A stretch of 64,000 nucleotides of DNA from Camelus dromedarius. Lineage: Eukaryota. How positions within the stretch are numbered: the first letter of the stretch is position 1; each line of letters begins with the position of its first letter. Location: contig NC_087447.1 of assembly GCF_036321535.1 (NCBI RefSeq), positions 33,296,001-33,360,000 on the forward strand, in the 5' to 3' direction. Positions 12,178 through 24,565 of the stretch are shown piece by piece. The position numbers and the translations under genes were made by a program. Below the pieces are notes generated by a model. That model saw only the letters and a list, made by a program, of their open reading frames with translations, made no database searches and was not told where the DNA came from.

Positions 12178-12760
12178 GTCTAGACAGACACACTGACCAA
12201 AAACTGTCATGTATCATGAGAGGCCCAACAACATACCAAGTGCAAGAGTGGCATGAAGTTAGGAATGGCCAGTTCTACAGGTGGGCAAGGAGGTCACTGA
12301 AGGTTTAACAGTGGTGGGTCTTGAGTGGGAAACAACAGCAGGGAAAGGAGACTTAAGGTAGGAACACAGTATGTGCAAAGGCACCAAGAGGTGAAGGGCA
12401 CAGTTTGTTCCAAGGACCGTCATTCCTTCCCTATGGCTAGGGAAGAGAGCGCCTGCGAGTGAGAATAGAGAACGAAAACCAGATTGATGATGGAACTAAA
12501 TTATGGCACACCTCCGTGCTTTTCTTAGGGGGTTGGGGACCGCCTGGCTGTTCAAAGTATGTTTGGTTTGTGTTTACAAAGATCACCCAACCAAATGCTT
12601 CCAAGACCTAAGAAAAAGTAAGCAATGCATTTATTTACCTGATTTATCCCACGGCTTATCTAGGTAATGTGTTTACTTTTAGCCATTGGAAGGGAGAAAG
12701 TGAGGGAATTAACCCAAAACTGCTTTGTCATGCAAAAAGAAGGCATGTAATTACACTCAC

Positions 12761-12780
12761 CTTGCCCTGCATGGTCCCGC
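12761..12780 (-). other. Candidate 20-nt microexon of an unidentified minus-strand host gene
   Basis: Minus strand reads aactaac-ctttctccttccatcgtgtgttccaacag|GCGGGACCATGCAGGGCAAG|gtgagt: branch point, pyrimidine tract, CAG acceptor and consensus donor. Confidence 0.6.
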
Positions 12781-14699
12781 CTGTTGGAACACACGATGGA
12801 AGGAGAAAGGTTAGTTAACGATAGATTCATTATCTGGAGTCCATCCATTTTTGTCCAGTAATGCCAATAAGCACCACAATGGAAGAGCCTCTTTACTTCC
12901 TGCCAGTGCTGGAGGCACAGAAGGCCAATGCGACGGGAGCCTGCAGCTCAGTGATCAGACACAAAAGCTCTATCCATCGTATCCGCGTGAGCTAGGCTGA
13001 AATGGCCATTTATGTAGCAACACAGGTGTCCAGAAACAGTGACCGTGAAAGGTTCGCGAAATGAAAAACATACTGTGTTTCCAACAGGATGTGCCCACTT
13101 AAAAGAGGGCCATGTCATGTTTTACTTACATGCAATATGAACACTGTAAAGAAGAACCATTCGGAGGAAAAGCCCAGCCGGGGCTCTGGAATCAATTCCC
13201 GGTGGGAGGGGAAGGACTTGGAAACGGGCCTCACATTCCATTAAGAACCAAAGGTGTTTCAGAAGCTGCCAACCCTTTCACAACTGCACTGATTCAGCCA
13301 CAGGACTTGAAAAAATAAAGTCACCTGAGGCTAACAGGTGAAAGCCAATTGTAAGGGGGAACGAAGCCTGACCTTCACAGGCTAAAATATTGTCAGGCCA
13401 GCACAACCTGGACAGGCGTTTATCACCAAGGTCACTCCCAAGTTGGAGCCACTGTCACCACAAGGAAGTGGGGACTGATCCGCAGGGCCAGTCCTGAGCC
13501 CAAGCTGTGCTCTGATCTCGAGCCCACAGCAGCAAGTTCAACAGCAGGAAGGACTCTCTTCCCTTCCCGTTCTTCTGGGCCCTTTGTTGACAACCTTGCG
13601 TCATTCACACTTGGGTCTCAGGAGGCTTGCTCATTCGTTATACAGACATCAGCAATAACCAGAACTAGTACGTCCATCAAACTCCTGGATGTTAAAGCTT
13701 GAAGGAAACTGAGCATCAGACTCCCAGAATGAGGAAAAAAAGGAAAAGGAAATAAAACTGGGAAACAGAAAAACAATTTGTCAAAAGATGGTCACCTTAA
13801 GAAAAAGAGTCGACATAACAAGAAAAGGTACAGAAACCTGAAAAAAATGGACAAAGTTCAGGTTGCTGAACAAGCATGTTCGGTGGTAAGCAAAAGCCAA
13901 GAGGCAAAACGCCTGACAAATGCAACGGGAAAGGTCAGCGAAGGAAAACAAGAGCCAGAATCAAGGCTACTTTTCCCAAAATGCTTAAGAGATTGATTTA
14001 AAACACCCACAACGGGGATTGGGAGGATGGGGTGGGGGTGTGTCACCATCCATGACTTTCTTTAAATAATAATTTTATAAACAAGTTCACCAAGTTAGGT
14101 AAACAAATTAATTACTTCTCCAGTCCTGTGTTCTGCATTTATTTAATCAATGTTTTTAAGCCTCTAATATAGCACTGTGCTAGACCATGGATTCACAACT
14201 ATGTATAAAATATACTGTCTTCCCAGAATTCATGGCGTCCTAAGATTAGAGCAATCTGCAAGCAAATAATTACAGAAATATAAGTGCTCAAACCAGGAGA
14301 TATGCATACACTGAATTAGGGCTTCATCAGCCCCATGAATGTAAAACTTACTTGGGAAATAAGTCAGTCCACTGCTTGGTGAGAAAAGTTCTGACCATGA
14401 GGATTGCCAGCATTGCAGGCTGAGAAAATGACAGTATATCAGACTATGTTGCTTCATGAATCCGTCTTAAGGAGAGTTTATCTCCGTTGTTCAGACAGAA
14501 TTTACAGTGTGAACAGGGAGAGAGGATTAGGAAATGAAATGAATAAATTTGATTCCACTCCAAGAATCTCCATCTGAGAGGCGAGGGAGAGGCACCCGGA
14601 CCGGGTCTGACACATTCTGGCAACTGGAACCATCTACCCACACGATGAAAGCACAGGTGACTCCCGCTTAGAGCCCCAGCTTCCTGTTGTATCAAATCC

Positions 14700-15130
14700 A
14701 CTAATGATGAGAGGGAAAAATCAGACAAATCCCAACTGAGGGACGTTCTACATAACACCTGAGCTGTAACCCTCAAAATGGTCAAGGTCATCAAAAACCA
14801 GGAAACTGTCACATCAAGGGGAGCCTACGTGGGGGGTGGTAAGTGGTGCTCAGGGCGGGGCGCTGCCACAGGTGAACATGAGGTGACAGAAACTAACACA
14901 GTGCTGTAAATCAATAAAAATTTTTTCAATTAAAAAATAAGGTAAAAGTTAAACTCTGAATAAAAGTATAGACTTTAACTGATCACACTGTATCAGTTCT
15001 GGTTCATTAACTGTAACCAATGCACCACGCTAATATAAGATGCTAACAATAAGGGGAACTGAGAATTCCATGCACCCACTTGGCAATCCGTCTATAAATC
15101 TACAACTGTTCTATAATCAAGAGTTCACTG
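14700..15130 (+). mobile_element. Old L1MC/L1MD-type 3' UTR with a tiny younger L1 tail inside (14887-14939)
   Basis: tcagacaaatcccaactgagggacgttctaca...ctcaaaatggtcaaggtcatcaaaaacca...ctgaataaaagtatagacttt...taagatgctaacaataagggg. Confidence 0.8.
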
Positions 15131-16636
15131 AAAGAACAAAAGAGAGGAAAACTATCTTTGGCAAGTGATGTAGGACCCCTTTAATCTTCACAGCAACCCA
15201 ACGTAGTGTTGGCCGTAATTATCTCCATTTTACAAAGGAGAAAACTAAGATAGAGAACAGTTAAGTAACTGGCTCCAGGATGCAAAGGGTCTGGCTTCAG
15301 AGACGCGCTTTCAGTCATCCCACTGTGCTGACCTCACGTCCTACGAAGCGCTCTCTCATCTACATGGACTTCATTCCCACTCACCTCTTTTTCTCCAGCC
15401 TAGACCACTGGCTTCTGGGCTCTCCTGGCAGGAGCTCTGAGTTCTTCCCCTGACTGGCTGCCTCCTCTGATGCCACTTCTGCCACCCAGTCCTCCAGCCA
15501 GCTACGGTCACCCCTCGTCTCAGGATGAGGAACCAAACTGGCTTCTTCCCAGGCGCTTCCCCACCAACTCCAGGTTTCTCTAACCTTTCCAGAGCTCACA
15601 TCTTCAGCACTGCTTTCCATTCCCTGGGGCCAGAGGGAGGGTCTAGGCCAAGCAAGTATCCACTTCAACACAGTGCCCAAGTCCCCCGGGGAGGGCCAGG
15701 GATCTGCTGTGCGGGGACACAGAGAGGCTCACGGGAGAGAGCAGGGGTGATGGGCTGGCCGTAACAGATGCCCGGCAAGACTCTCATGCAGGAAGAGACC
15801 CGCAACTCCAGGACAATGCCTGGATGAAGGGGATAAAGAGAGAACCGCAGGGGAGAACTCTGTGCTCTTCAATGCAAGGCTGGGCAGGGAGAACAGCTCT
15901 GAACACAGCACACAGACAACATGTGGGAGACGCTCGCTGGGTTGGAACAGACACAAAGAGCAAAGCACCTGAAGATCTGCACTCCCAGGACGCCCACTGT
16001 ACAAACCCGAGCATCCGATTACAGGGGCATGCTCATCCCACCTCAGTGTGGCAACAACTGGAAAGCCACAGTGGTGCTCAGCTTGGGGTGGTCTCTGTCC
16101 TCTGGGCTCGAGTGTCATTACAGAAGCCACAGAGGAGACAGGTCCTGACCCAGGGGTGTCCTCATCACGGTGCCGGGAAGCCCAGCCTCCCCAGCAGAGG
16201 CGGTGGTGCAGCACCTGGAAGACCGTCCGGCCCTGGAGTCTGAGAGCTGCTCACCTCCTCTGAGCAGCAGCTCCTCAACCGTAAAACGGGAGCAAGGACT
16301 ATTCTGCCACAGAGCGGTCGTGCAGACCAAGCCAGCTTGCAGGCACCGTGACGGGCCTCCAGGAGGGGCTCAGGAAATAGCAGCTTTTGGCCCTTCCACC
16401 CACAGTGGTGACTACAGAGGTAGAAATAACTCTCAAAGTTGAACCTGAAGACAGACGCTGGTTTTATGGACTCTATTCCATGCCCACCATGCGCTGGGTG
16501 ATGGAGAGGGTGAGCCCAAAAGGGCACTCCTGAGCTTCAAAGAGCTCTCCGTCCCAGGGAGAAGGTGGACAGTCATCAGTGAACAACAACTGCGAGGGCG
16601 TTCGCTGAGAAACTGACATAAGTACTCTGCGTAAGT

Positions 16637-17031
16637 GACAGACACGAAGACGGACACCTAAGACCCACTGCAGGAAGGACCTGCCGCCCAGCTGCAGAGC
16701 GCGGTCAGCAGGCAGCCCCCAGCCGTCAGCTCCTTCCGGGTCCACCTCAGCTGCAGAGGGGTGCCTGGTCTTCCCAGGGCAGCCTGCACTGGGGATGGAG
16801 CCAAGCGCAGGTAGAAAGGCACGGGCATTTTGGTCTAATGACGTCCATGACAACTCTGACACATGATACTTACTCCAGACCTTCACTGTGTCAGCATTAT
16901 AACCTCTCCCTCCGCCCAGTCCTGCTTCCTCCCACTTCAATCTCACAGGTGTTGATCCCTAATAACATCTTGCCCCTTCACCCCATGCTCCATCTCAGCA
17001 GCCTCTGCTCCCAGAGAACCCAACCTGTAAC
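16637..17031 (+). mobile_element. LTR16-family (ERVL) solo LTR
   Basis: ggaaggacctgccgcccagctgcagagcgcggtcagcaggcagcccccagccgtcagctcc...acaggtgttgatccctaataa...ctccatctcagcagcctctgctcccagagaacccaacctgtaaca. Confidence 0.8.
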
Positions 17032-20000
17032 AGGAGGCGAGGGGACAGGTTCATCCCATGGGGAGCCAAGGAACCCTGCCTCAACTGGGAAATGAAACAG
17101 CTCTCCTAAAAAGAAAATTCTTAAGCTGGTTTCTGAGGATGATGAGATCTTAAGGAAGCAAAGAGAAGGGAAATCAGGTCGCCACCTGGAGAATTAAACT
17201 CGTAAAACTCACACACAATGGGGCAAGATTAGCCGTCTGGGGAAATAAACCTACAGAACGTCTGTAAATGTGTGATGGAGGAATTCAGGAGCCCTGAAAA
17301 CCCCAATCAAGGTGATTTGGGAGCAATTTCAAGCAATGAGAACTGAGTGTACTTGTCATTTACTGAGCAGAAAGAAGCCCCATCAATGGCATTGTACCTC
17401 GTTTAGAGAAACTCAAAAGGAAGGGGGCTAGGCAGCCGAAGGTGGACAAGTACTCCAGAGGGGCATGGCTCAGTGCTGCGCAAGCTAAGGACACTTGTCT
17501 CAGCTCACTTTTGTTTTTGTTTTTTTAATGATCTGAGGCAGAGGAGAAAGGCGGATTCCTACCTGCTTTAAATTCTCCAGTGAAAAAGGTTTCTTGTCAT
17601 GCTCTGGGGCACCTCCTTGCTCAAAAGGGCCCCTCAGGTCTACCGTCAGCTCAGCCTACTTGTAAGGTATGCAGTTGCAGGTATCTTACGTATATTAGTA
17701 TATTATTTACCTTCACTTTCTAAGTGAAGGCGGCAAGTATTTCCACTTTGAGGAGGTTGAAACCCCAGGGTCCTAAATTTTAAATGACCTGCCTGCAGTC
17801 TGAACTGTTAGGTCAGAGCACAGGATTTGAACCCTGGATGGCTGCGCCCCGGGCTTTGGGGGTTACAACTGCACCCTCAGCATAGTTCAGCCCTTTCAAA
17901 CCTCACCCAGAAGCTTCTCGTTAATCCTAGCTCTACGGGAAGGGCGAGAAGAGGAGGAGGCGCAGGCAAGGTGGAGAGGGGAGAGGTTCGCAAGCCGAAT
18001 CCTCATTGACTGCAAGAGAAACGCCGCGGATAATGAATAAAATTGTATACATTAGGGCAGGCACACACATCAGTAAGAACAGATGGAAATAAACAACGGA
18101 AGAAGCGTCCTTAGGGAAGGGGTGAGCGGTAGACCGTTCCTTTTTTTCATCATAAGCCGTGTAACACTATGTCACTTTAAAAAACACAAATGCTTTATTT
18201 TGATAAAAATAAAGTGATATGAAATGCAATGCTCCACATAGAGGAAACATATTTGCATGGCAGAGTCTGAAAGACAGGCTGTCAATCTGTTCCTCTAAAT
18301 ACACCTGGATTAGGCCGGAACAGCAAACAGCTGCACCCCCAGAGCACGAGGAGAGAGCTGGGAGGACAGCAGGGTCCACCCCGGGGAGAGCAGCCCCTGC
18401 TGACGGCACGTGCGGACTGACCAGCCTGCCGGAGCCGGCTACGGTGAAAACCTTCCTCTGAGCACTCTAGTTAAGCAACCCTCTGATCATTTTTCCTTCC
18501 CTTCAAGGTGAGCATATCTTGGTCTGTCTGAGATGAATGTCTGACCTGCCTGACAGTTTCTGTGAATTACTGAATTGGCATTCTGAGAGAGTCCATGTAA
18601 TCAAGTCCTACGAGCACGTCAAACACATGCCTGTCCCTGAGAGATGGAGCTCTTCTAGGCAAACTGGCAAGATCAGACGTCTCGGGGAACAAGATGCAGA
18701 CCCTGGGAGGCAGTGATTACCATCAGAGGAGCAACCGTCACGCATCTTTCTGCTGGTGGAAGCTTCTGCTCCACTCTGAGCCACAGGCTTGTCCTACGAC
18801 ACAGGATGAAGTCAAACTAAGGCTTGAGGTCTTATTTCACTCTTCTCACCTCACACCCTGAGCACTGGGGACACAGACCACGGTCCTTCCATCTTCATCG
18901 CCTCTGGACTCTGCGTACCATCTGATGATAGGTAAAAGATCTTCAGTAAGTGCTAGTTGAATGAATGGAGGAAGGAGGGACGCTGAATGCCACAAGGCTC
19001 TAACTGGAAGCTGATGTGAGACAACTATGGGGCCCGATCCCAAGGAGAAGGCTGGATCAGGTGTGCTGGAGCTCCAGGAACTCTGCCGGTGGCAGCTGGG
19101 AGCCAGAGGTGATCACTGTGGGGACCCGCCGTCAGCGCTGTCATGACAACGACACTACAGTGAAGTACGAAGGTTTGGGAACCCACCAAACAGAGGCCCA
19201 AGGACACAGACGTGCTCATTAATGTCCACCCCTCAGCAATCCAGTCATCTCACTTCCGCTCTGTCTGATGAACCCGAGAGCCTGCTGAGGCGAACCTCCT
19301 CGGTGTTTTGAATTGCCTCCACTGATGGGACCTCGAGAGCAATCATATTTTGGGAACTTCATCTTCCCTTCCGCTTTAGACACCGCTTCCCCTCACAGGT
19401 GCCCAAGGTCAGCGAGTGAGTGGAAGAGCTGGCACCACAAGACGGTGGAGGGTTATCCTGGGCCCAGGCCCCCGCGGGCAGCCCTCTCCAGTCGGCCGGT
19501 CTCACATTCCAGCCTAGGACACCTGGGAGGGCCAGCGTGGGCCTCCCGAGAAGCGAGTGTTCCCTTACAAACCTGCTCCTTTAACCACTTCTGTCCACAG
19601 CTTTTGTCCTAATTAGTTCTTCCCCCCGTTTTTCACTCATTTACTCAACCATTTACTCCTCAGTTTCCCACACCCGCTATGTACCAGGCCCTGCGGATCT
19701 AAAGATCATGATGCAGCCTTTGCCCCAAGACCCTCACAGTCCAGACGCCATGTAGCAGAAGGCCATCTACAATGTGCGGCTCTACTGTTAACTTCCTAGT
19801 ATTCTTTCACAGAGTCACGGAGACAAAATACGTGGATATTTCAATCAATGAATATGTACTGAATCTTTCCTCTTGATGATAAGCACCCACCCTGCCTTCA
19901 TGGTAGAAAAGCTTTAAGATGCAGCTCTCAGCCTCAACATATTTTCAGCCAAGCAGGTTAGACGAGTCTGAACGTGTGAAACAATAAGAAAGCAACATAA

Positions 20001-21859
20001 GAAGTTTCAAAATGCATGACCCAGTTTCTAATTACTTGGGGATTCAGAGGTATAATTACTGTAGGAGCTGAAAAAAGGCGCGTAGGAACAGTTTAGTGAG
20101 CGGTGGTGAATTCAGCCTCCGCCACAAAGAGCCTGAAGCATGTCACCTCACTCTTGTGGGCATCTTTTACCCTCCCCGTAAAGGAAGAGGGCTGTCTTTG
20201 GTGATTTAATCAAGTCACTTCCAGCTCCAAACTCCTTGGTGTTTACGTCTCTTGTACAAGTCATAGAAGGCTTCATGTTGGGGTGTGAGCTTCATCTGAG
20301 CTTTCGCAAATAAACAACTGTGATATTTCTATTCATAGTTACTTCTTTAACTGCTCCTATGAAGTTTTAACTACATATCTGAAGTGACAGAAATCTTAGC
20401 AGGCCACACATTAATTTTTTTCACCTTTTAATTTTTTTTTAATTGAGGCATGATTGATTTAGTGTTAGTTTCACACACCTTTATTCTCTTTAAATCGCCT
20501 GCTTTTAACTGAGCATCTAGATCCTGTAATCATTGTTCTTTAATTTGAGAACTGAAGGATGTGATGAAATCACTCGCTGTTAAATCCTTACTTGCAGAGG
20601 GCCCACAACTGCAAATGCGTGTGAATGAGGGTCCATCCCTCCCACACAAACCCAGCACTGAGACACTGAGGATGGAAGCTGGCCGCCTTGTTTCTAGCAA
20701 AACAGAAACCTCCAAGATAAAGAGAAAGCCTGCAAGGAGGCTGGCAAGGGTGTGAAATACTCATGCCACAAGCTCCCAAAGAGAGCTGCAGCAGTCACAG
20801 CAGACAGCGGCCCCGGGCGAGCAGTTACTTTCATCCCAATCATTTCTTCCCTGTCTCTCCCATGCCTGATATATACACACTGGTGGTGAATGCCCCGGTC
20901 CTATCAATATGTCACATGTTGTTATGTCTTCTGGGGAGAATATGTCACAAAGCACTGACATCTGTAACAAGTCTGAAGGTTCTAGTAATTTCAAAAATGC
21001 CTGTCTCCACCCCAACTTTGGAAAACAAAATGTACCCAGACAATAGGATAAGGGAGAGACAATACGATAAGGGTGAGTTGACTGCTTTCTCTCATTTTCC
21101 CAGTTATGGGACAGGATGGAGGATGAAGTCTGGAATAGAATGCTGCCTGGTTCAAGAGAGGAGGTCCCTGACCTTCTGTACCAGTTCCAAGAATAAAGCA
21201 AGGTCCACCCACCTTCACCTAGCCCTGTCATATGTAAATATGTCATCTGTTGCCGCACTGATAGGCAGACATCCATTAACTCCAGGCTTCATTTGGTCTT
21301 TCGCTTTCCCCATGACTCATAAAGTTAGAGACTGCTAGAGATGTTCACTTCCCTTGAAGACCAAGGAACTGACTTTGCCCCCATCCTGCCCCTCTTTCCT
21401 GGAAAGTTGTCAGAGAGAAACAGTTGTGCCAGGGGCAAGGACAAGGTAGGAATAATGAACCACAGAGGCCAAAACTCCAGGGCAAAGCTTTCAATCAATG
21501 GGATGGAGCTGGTGGCTTCAATCCCAAGAGAAGTCTTGGGGTCTTACCTTGCTGTAGCTGACTAAGAGACCATGTCACTGAGAACCTCTCCATGGTGATG
21601 AGAGGGAGGCAAGAGAGGAGGACCGAGGACTACAGGGGGTCTGTTCAGAAGGCAAGAGATTTGGAGAGAAGGGTCCTCCATATCCTGCACCCCCACAAGG
21701 GGTGGAGATTCTGCCATTTGGAGACCTCACTGCTGGAGCAGGAAGGCTTCTGACTGTCTACACTCGCTGTCACTCCGGGTCTTAGTGACCGCAGGCAAAG
21801 AGTTTGATTATTAAAAGTTCTTTGTGTGTCATCAGGAAGATAACACAGGACAGACTTTA

Positions 21860-22070
21860 TCCCTGTACTTGGCTAGATACCAAGTATATATATTTTTTCT
21901 TATTTAATCTTCCCCTGAAGTCTAGGAAATTAATACAATGACATCTATTTTATAGATAAAGAAACTGTGACTTGGGTTAAATGGAGCTGCCTCAGGCTTA
22001 CTGGCAACTGACACAGGCGGGATTCAAGCCCAGGTCCGTCTAAGTTCAAAGCCTGCTTTCCTGCCACTTT
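21860..22070 (-). mobile_element. MIR SINE
   Basis: tatttaatcttccc...atctattttatagataaagaaactgtgacttgggttaaa...gcgggattcaagcccaggtccgtctaagttcaaagcc. Confidence 0.75.
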
Positions 22071-22585
22071 GTTAGCCTAGTGTCACGTGGTACGTCCCAA
22101 CATTATGAAAACTGTTAGCCTAGAAAGAGCCCACCAAGTGGCACCCACCATGTTGGTCTGTATCTCTAAAGCCATCCATCACCGCTAAGTTTGCCCCTGC
22201 AAATTAAAGTCATTTGATCTGTGACGATTCAGGCAAGGTTGCACAGACAATACTAAAAATGAAATGCCACTGTGAGTTAATGAGACATCGGAAAGCTTTT
22301 AACCTCAGGGCTGCAAAACTGTGCCATTAATGCCGACGCTCATAAACACCGTCTTTATCGAAAAGAGAAGAGATTGGAAATACGTGCCACTCATTCAAAA
22401 AGACAAGGACCAAGAGGCAGCAAAATGCCAGTGACCAGGCAGCGGCACCCCTGCTCTGTGACATGGGCTCCAAATGCCACCAGTCCGATGACACACCCAT
22501 GTTCCTTCCCCAGCAGAGGCTCTGCCAAGAGTCTAGCTCAATAGCCACTGGGTGGGAACGCAGCCTGAGAAAACACCACACTCAC

Positions 22586-22677
22586 CTTGTTGGGAGCAGA
22601 CCTTCCACTCCCAATGCTCCCAGTATCAGCTTGGTTAATAAGCGGGGAAATCTATGGTGTTATCTAATTTATAAACA
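22586..22677 (-). other. Candidate 92-nt non-coding exon or pseudo-exon
   Basis: Minus strand ttacctttctttcctag|TGTTTATAAA...CCCAACAAG|gtgagt. Stops in all three frames and no ATG. Confidence 0.3.
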
Positions 22678-23624
22678 CTAGGAAAGAAAGGTAATTGTCC
22701 AGGATGCTCTGGAAATAATAGAATAATCATTTAAGATGAGGCTTAAATGAGCAGCAGCAATGAACCTCGTTTTAAATCTCACCATGGAAAATCATCACAC
22801 AGATGTTTTTAACCACCCCTAAGCATCAGTAAATACAATCATAATGAAATATAAGCTCATAAGAACAACATGACTACAGTTATTATTCTGAATATGAGTT
22901 CTCACTTTCCAGGGACGTATGCAGCTAAAGCAAATATAAGAAATGAGACTGGGTATATTCTAATTCCAGGACACACCCTAGATGGATTTGGGGTGGATAT
23001 TGCCTTAATTAAATTTCTGATATGAGCTTGTTTTCTCATCATTTGCTTCCAAAAGACAGGTATGGAAAAAAATAACTAGTTGAAGCATTTTCCCAAGGTA
23101 GCTGTGGTTCCCAGGCTTTGGGGTTTAGCAAACAGGCAATACTTCAAAATAAAAATGTTTGTAATAATGTTTATCCTACAAACTGTAGCCTATATTCTTC
23201 TTGAACAGTATAGATTTTTTTAATACACCAGATGCTGCCACTCTCATTTTATTTTACAAAGACGATTTTAAAACAAAACATAAGGGATGATCCTTTAACT
23301 CTAGATCATAAAAGAAACTCATTTATTACTCTTTGTTTTTCACTTAATCATAAATATGTGAAAACTATCAAAGCAGCACTAGTCCATGCCTGGTATTTGA
23401 AAATCTTCATGGAGAGGTTAGGGCATGTGGCTTAAAGCCAGGACTCCAGCACTTGCATCTCAATTTTTTTTATTAAATAAACACTAAACAACAATGGCTC
23501 CTCTGGATCTGTGTCCTCCTACATCAATGGGGAGAGTAATACCTCCTTCCTGGGGGTGATATTAGAATCAAGGAAGGCAATAAAGAAAAAACACTTTGTA
23601 ATCAAAAAAGATCCGCACTGATGT

Positions 23625-24565
23625 CCTAAACAAGCAATTCTCCAGTGAAGACATACAAATGGCCAACAGGCACATGAAAAAATGCTCAGTGTCACTAATT
23701 ATCAGAGAAAGGCAAATCAAAACTACAATGAGGTATCACCTCACACCAGTCAGAATGGCCATCATTGAAAAGTCCACAAATGACAAATGCTGGAGAAGGT
23801 GTGGAGAAGAGAAAACCTTCCTACATTACTGGTGGGAATGTAGTTTTATGCAGCCAGTATGGAAAACAGTATGGAGATTCTTTAAAAAACTAAAAGTAGA
23901 CTTACCATATGATCCAGCAATCCCACTCCTGGGCATATATCTAGAGGAAACTCTAATTTGAAAAGATACATGTACCCCAATGTTCATAGCAACACTACAT
24001 ACAATAGCAAAGACATGGAAGCCACCTAAATGTCCATCGACAGATGACTAGATAAAGAAGGTGTGGTATATTTATACAATGGAATACTACTCAGTCATAA
24101 AAAAGAACAAAATAATGCCATTTGCAGCAACCTGGTGGACCTGGAGATCATCATTCTAAGCGAAGTAAGCCAAAAAGAGAAAGAAAAATACCATATGAGA
24201 TCACTCATGTGAAATTAAAAAAAAAAAAAAAAGACACAAATGAACTTATTTACAAAACAGAAAGACTCACAGACAGAAAAAAACTTATGGTCACCAGTGG
24301 GGAAAGGGAGTGGGAAGGGATAAATGGGGAGTTTGAGATTTGCAGATACTAGCTACTGAATATAAAATACATAACAACTTTCTTCTGTAGAGCACAGGGA
24401 ACTATACTCAATATCTTGTAGTAACCTACAATGGAAAAGAATATGGAAAGGAGTATATATGTACATGTATGACTGAAACATTACACTGTACACCAGAAAT
24501 TTACACAACATTGTAAACTATACTTCAATTTAAAAAACAATAATAAGAAAAAGAAAAGAAAAAAA
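23625..24565 (+). mobile_element. L1 3' end (ORF2 C-terminal CCHC region, 3' UTR, A-rich tail)
   Basis: ORF 23659-23961 translates to L1 ORF2 C-terminal sequence ([12 protein letters not shown]...[18 protein letters not shown]...[13 protein letters not shown]), followed by a typical 3' UTR. Confidence 0.93.

Noticed and set aside
15381..17095. Dense cluster of overlapping ORFs
   Set aside because: Explained by high GC content and few stop codons in L2, MIR and LTR16 remnants. No protein similarity recognised.
20761..21338. Overlapping 191-aa (+) and 171-aa (-) ORFs
   Set aside because: No recognisable domain or coherent exon structure. The region may be decayed LTR sequence.
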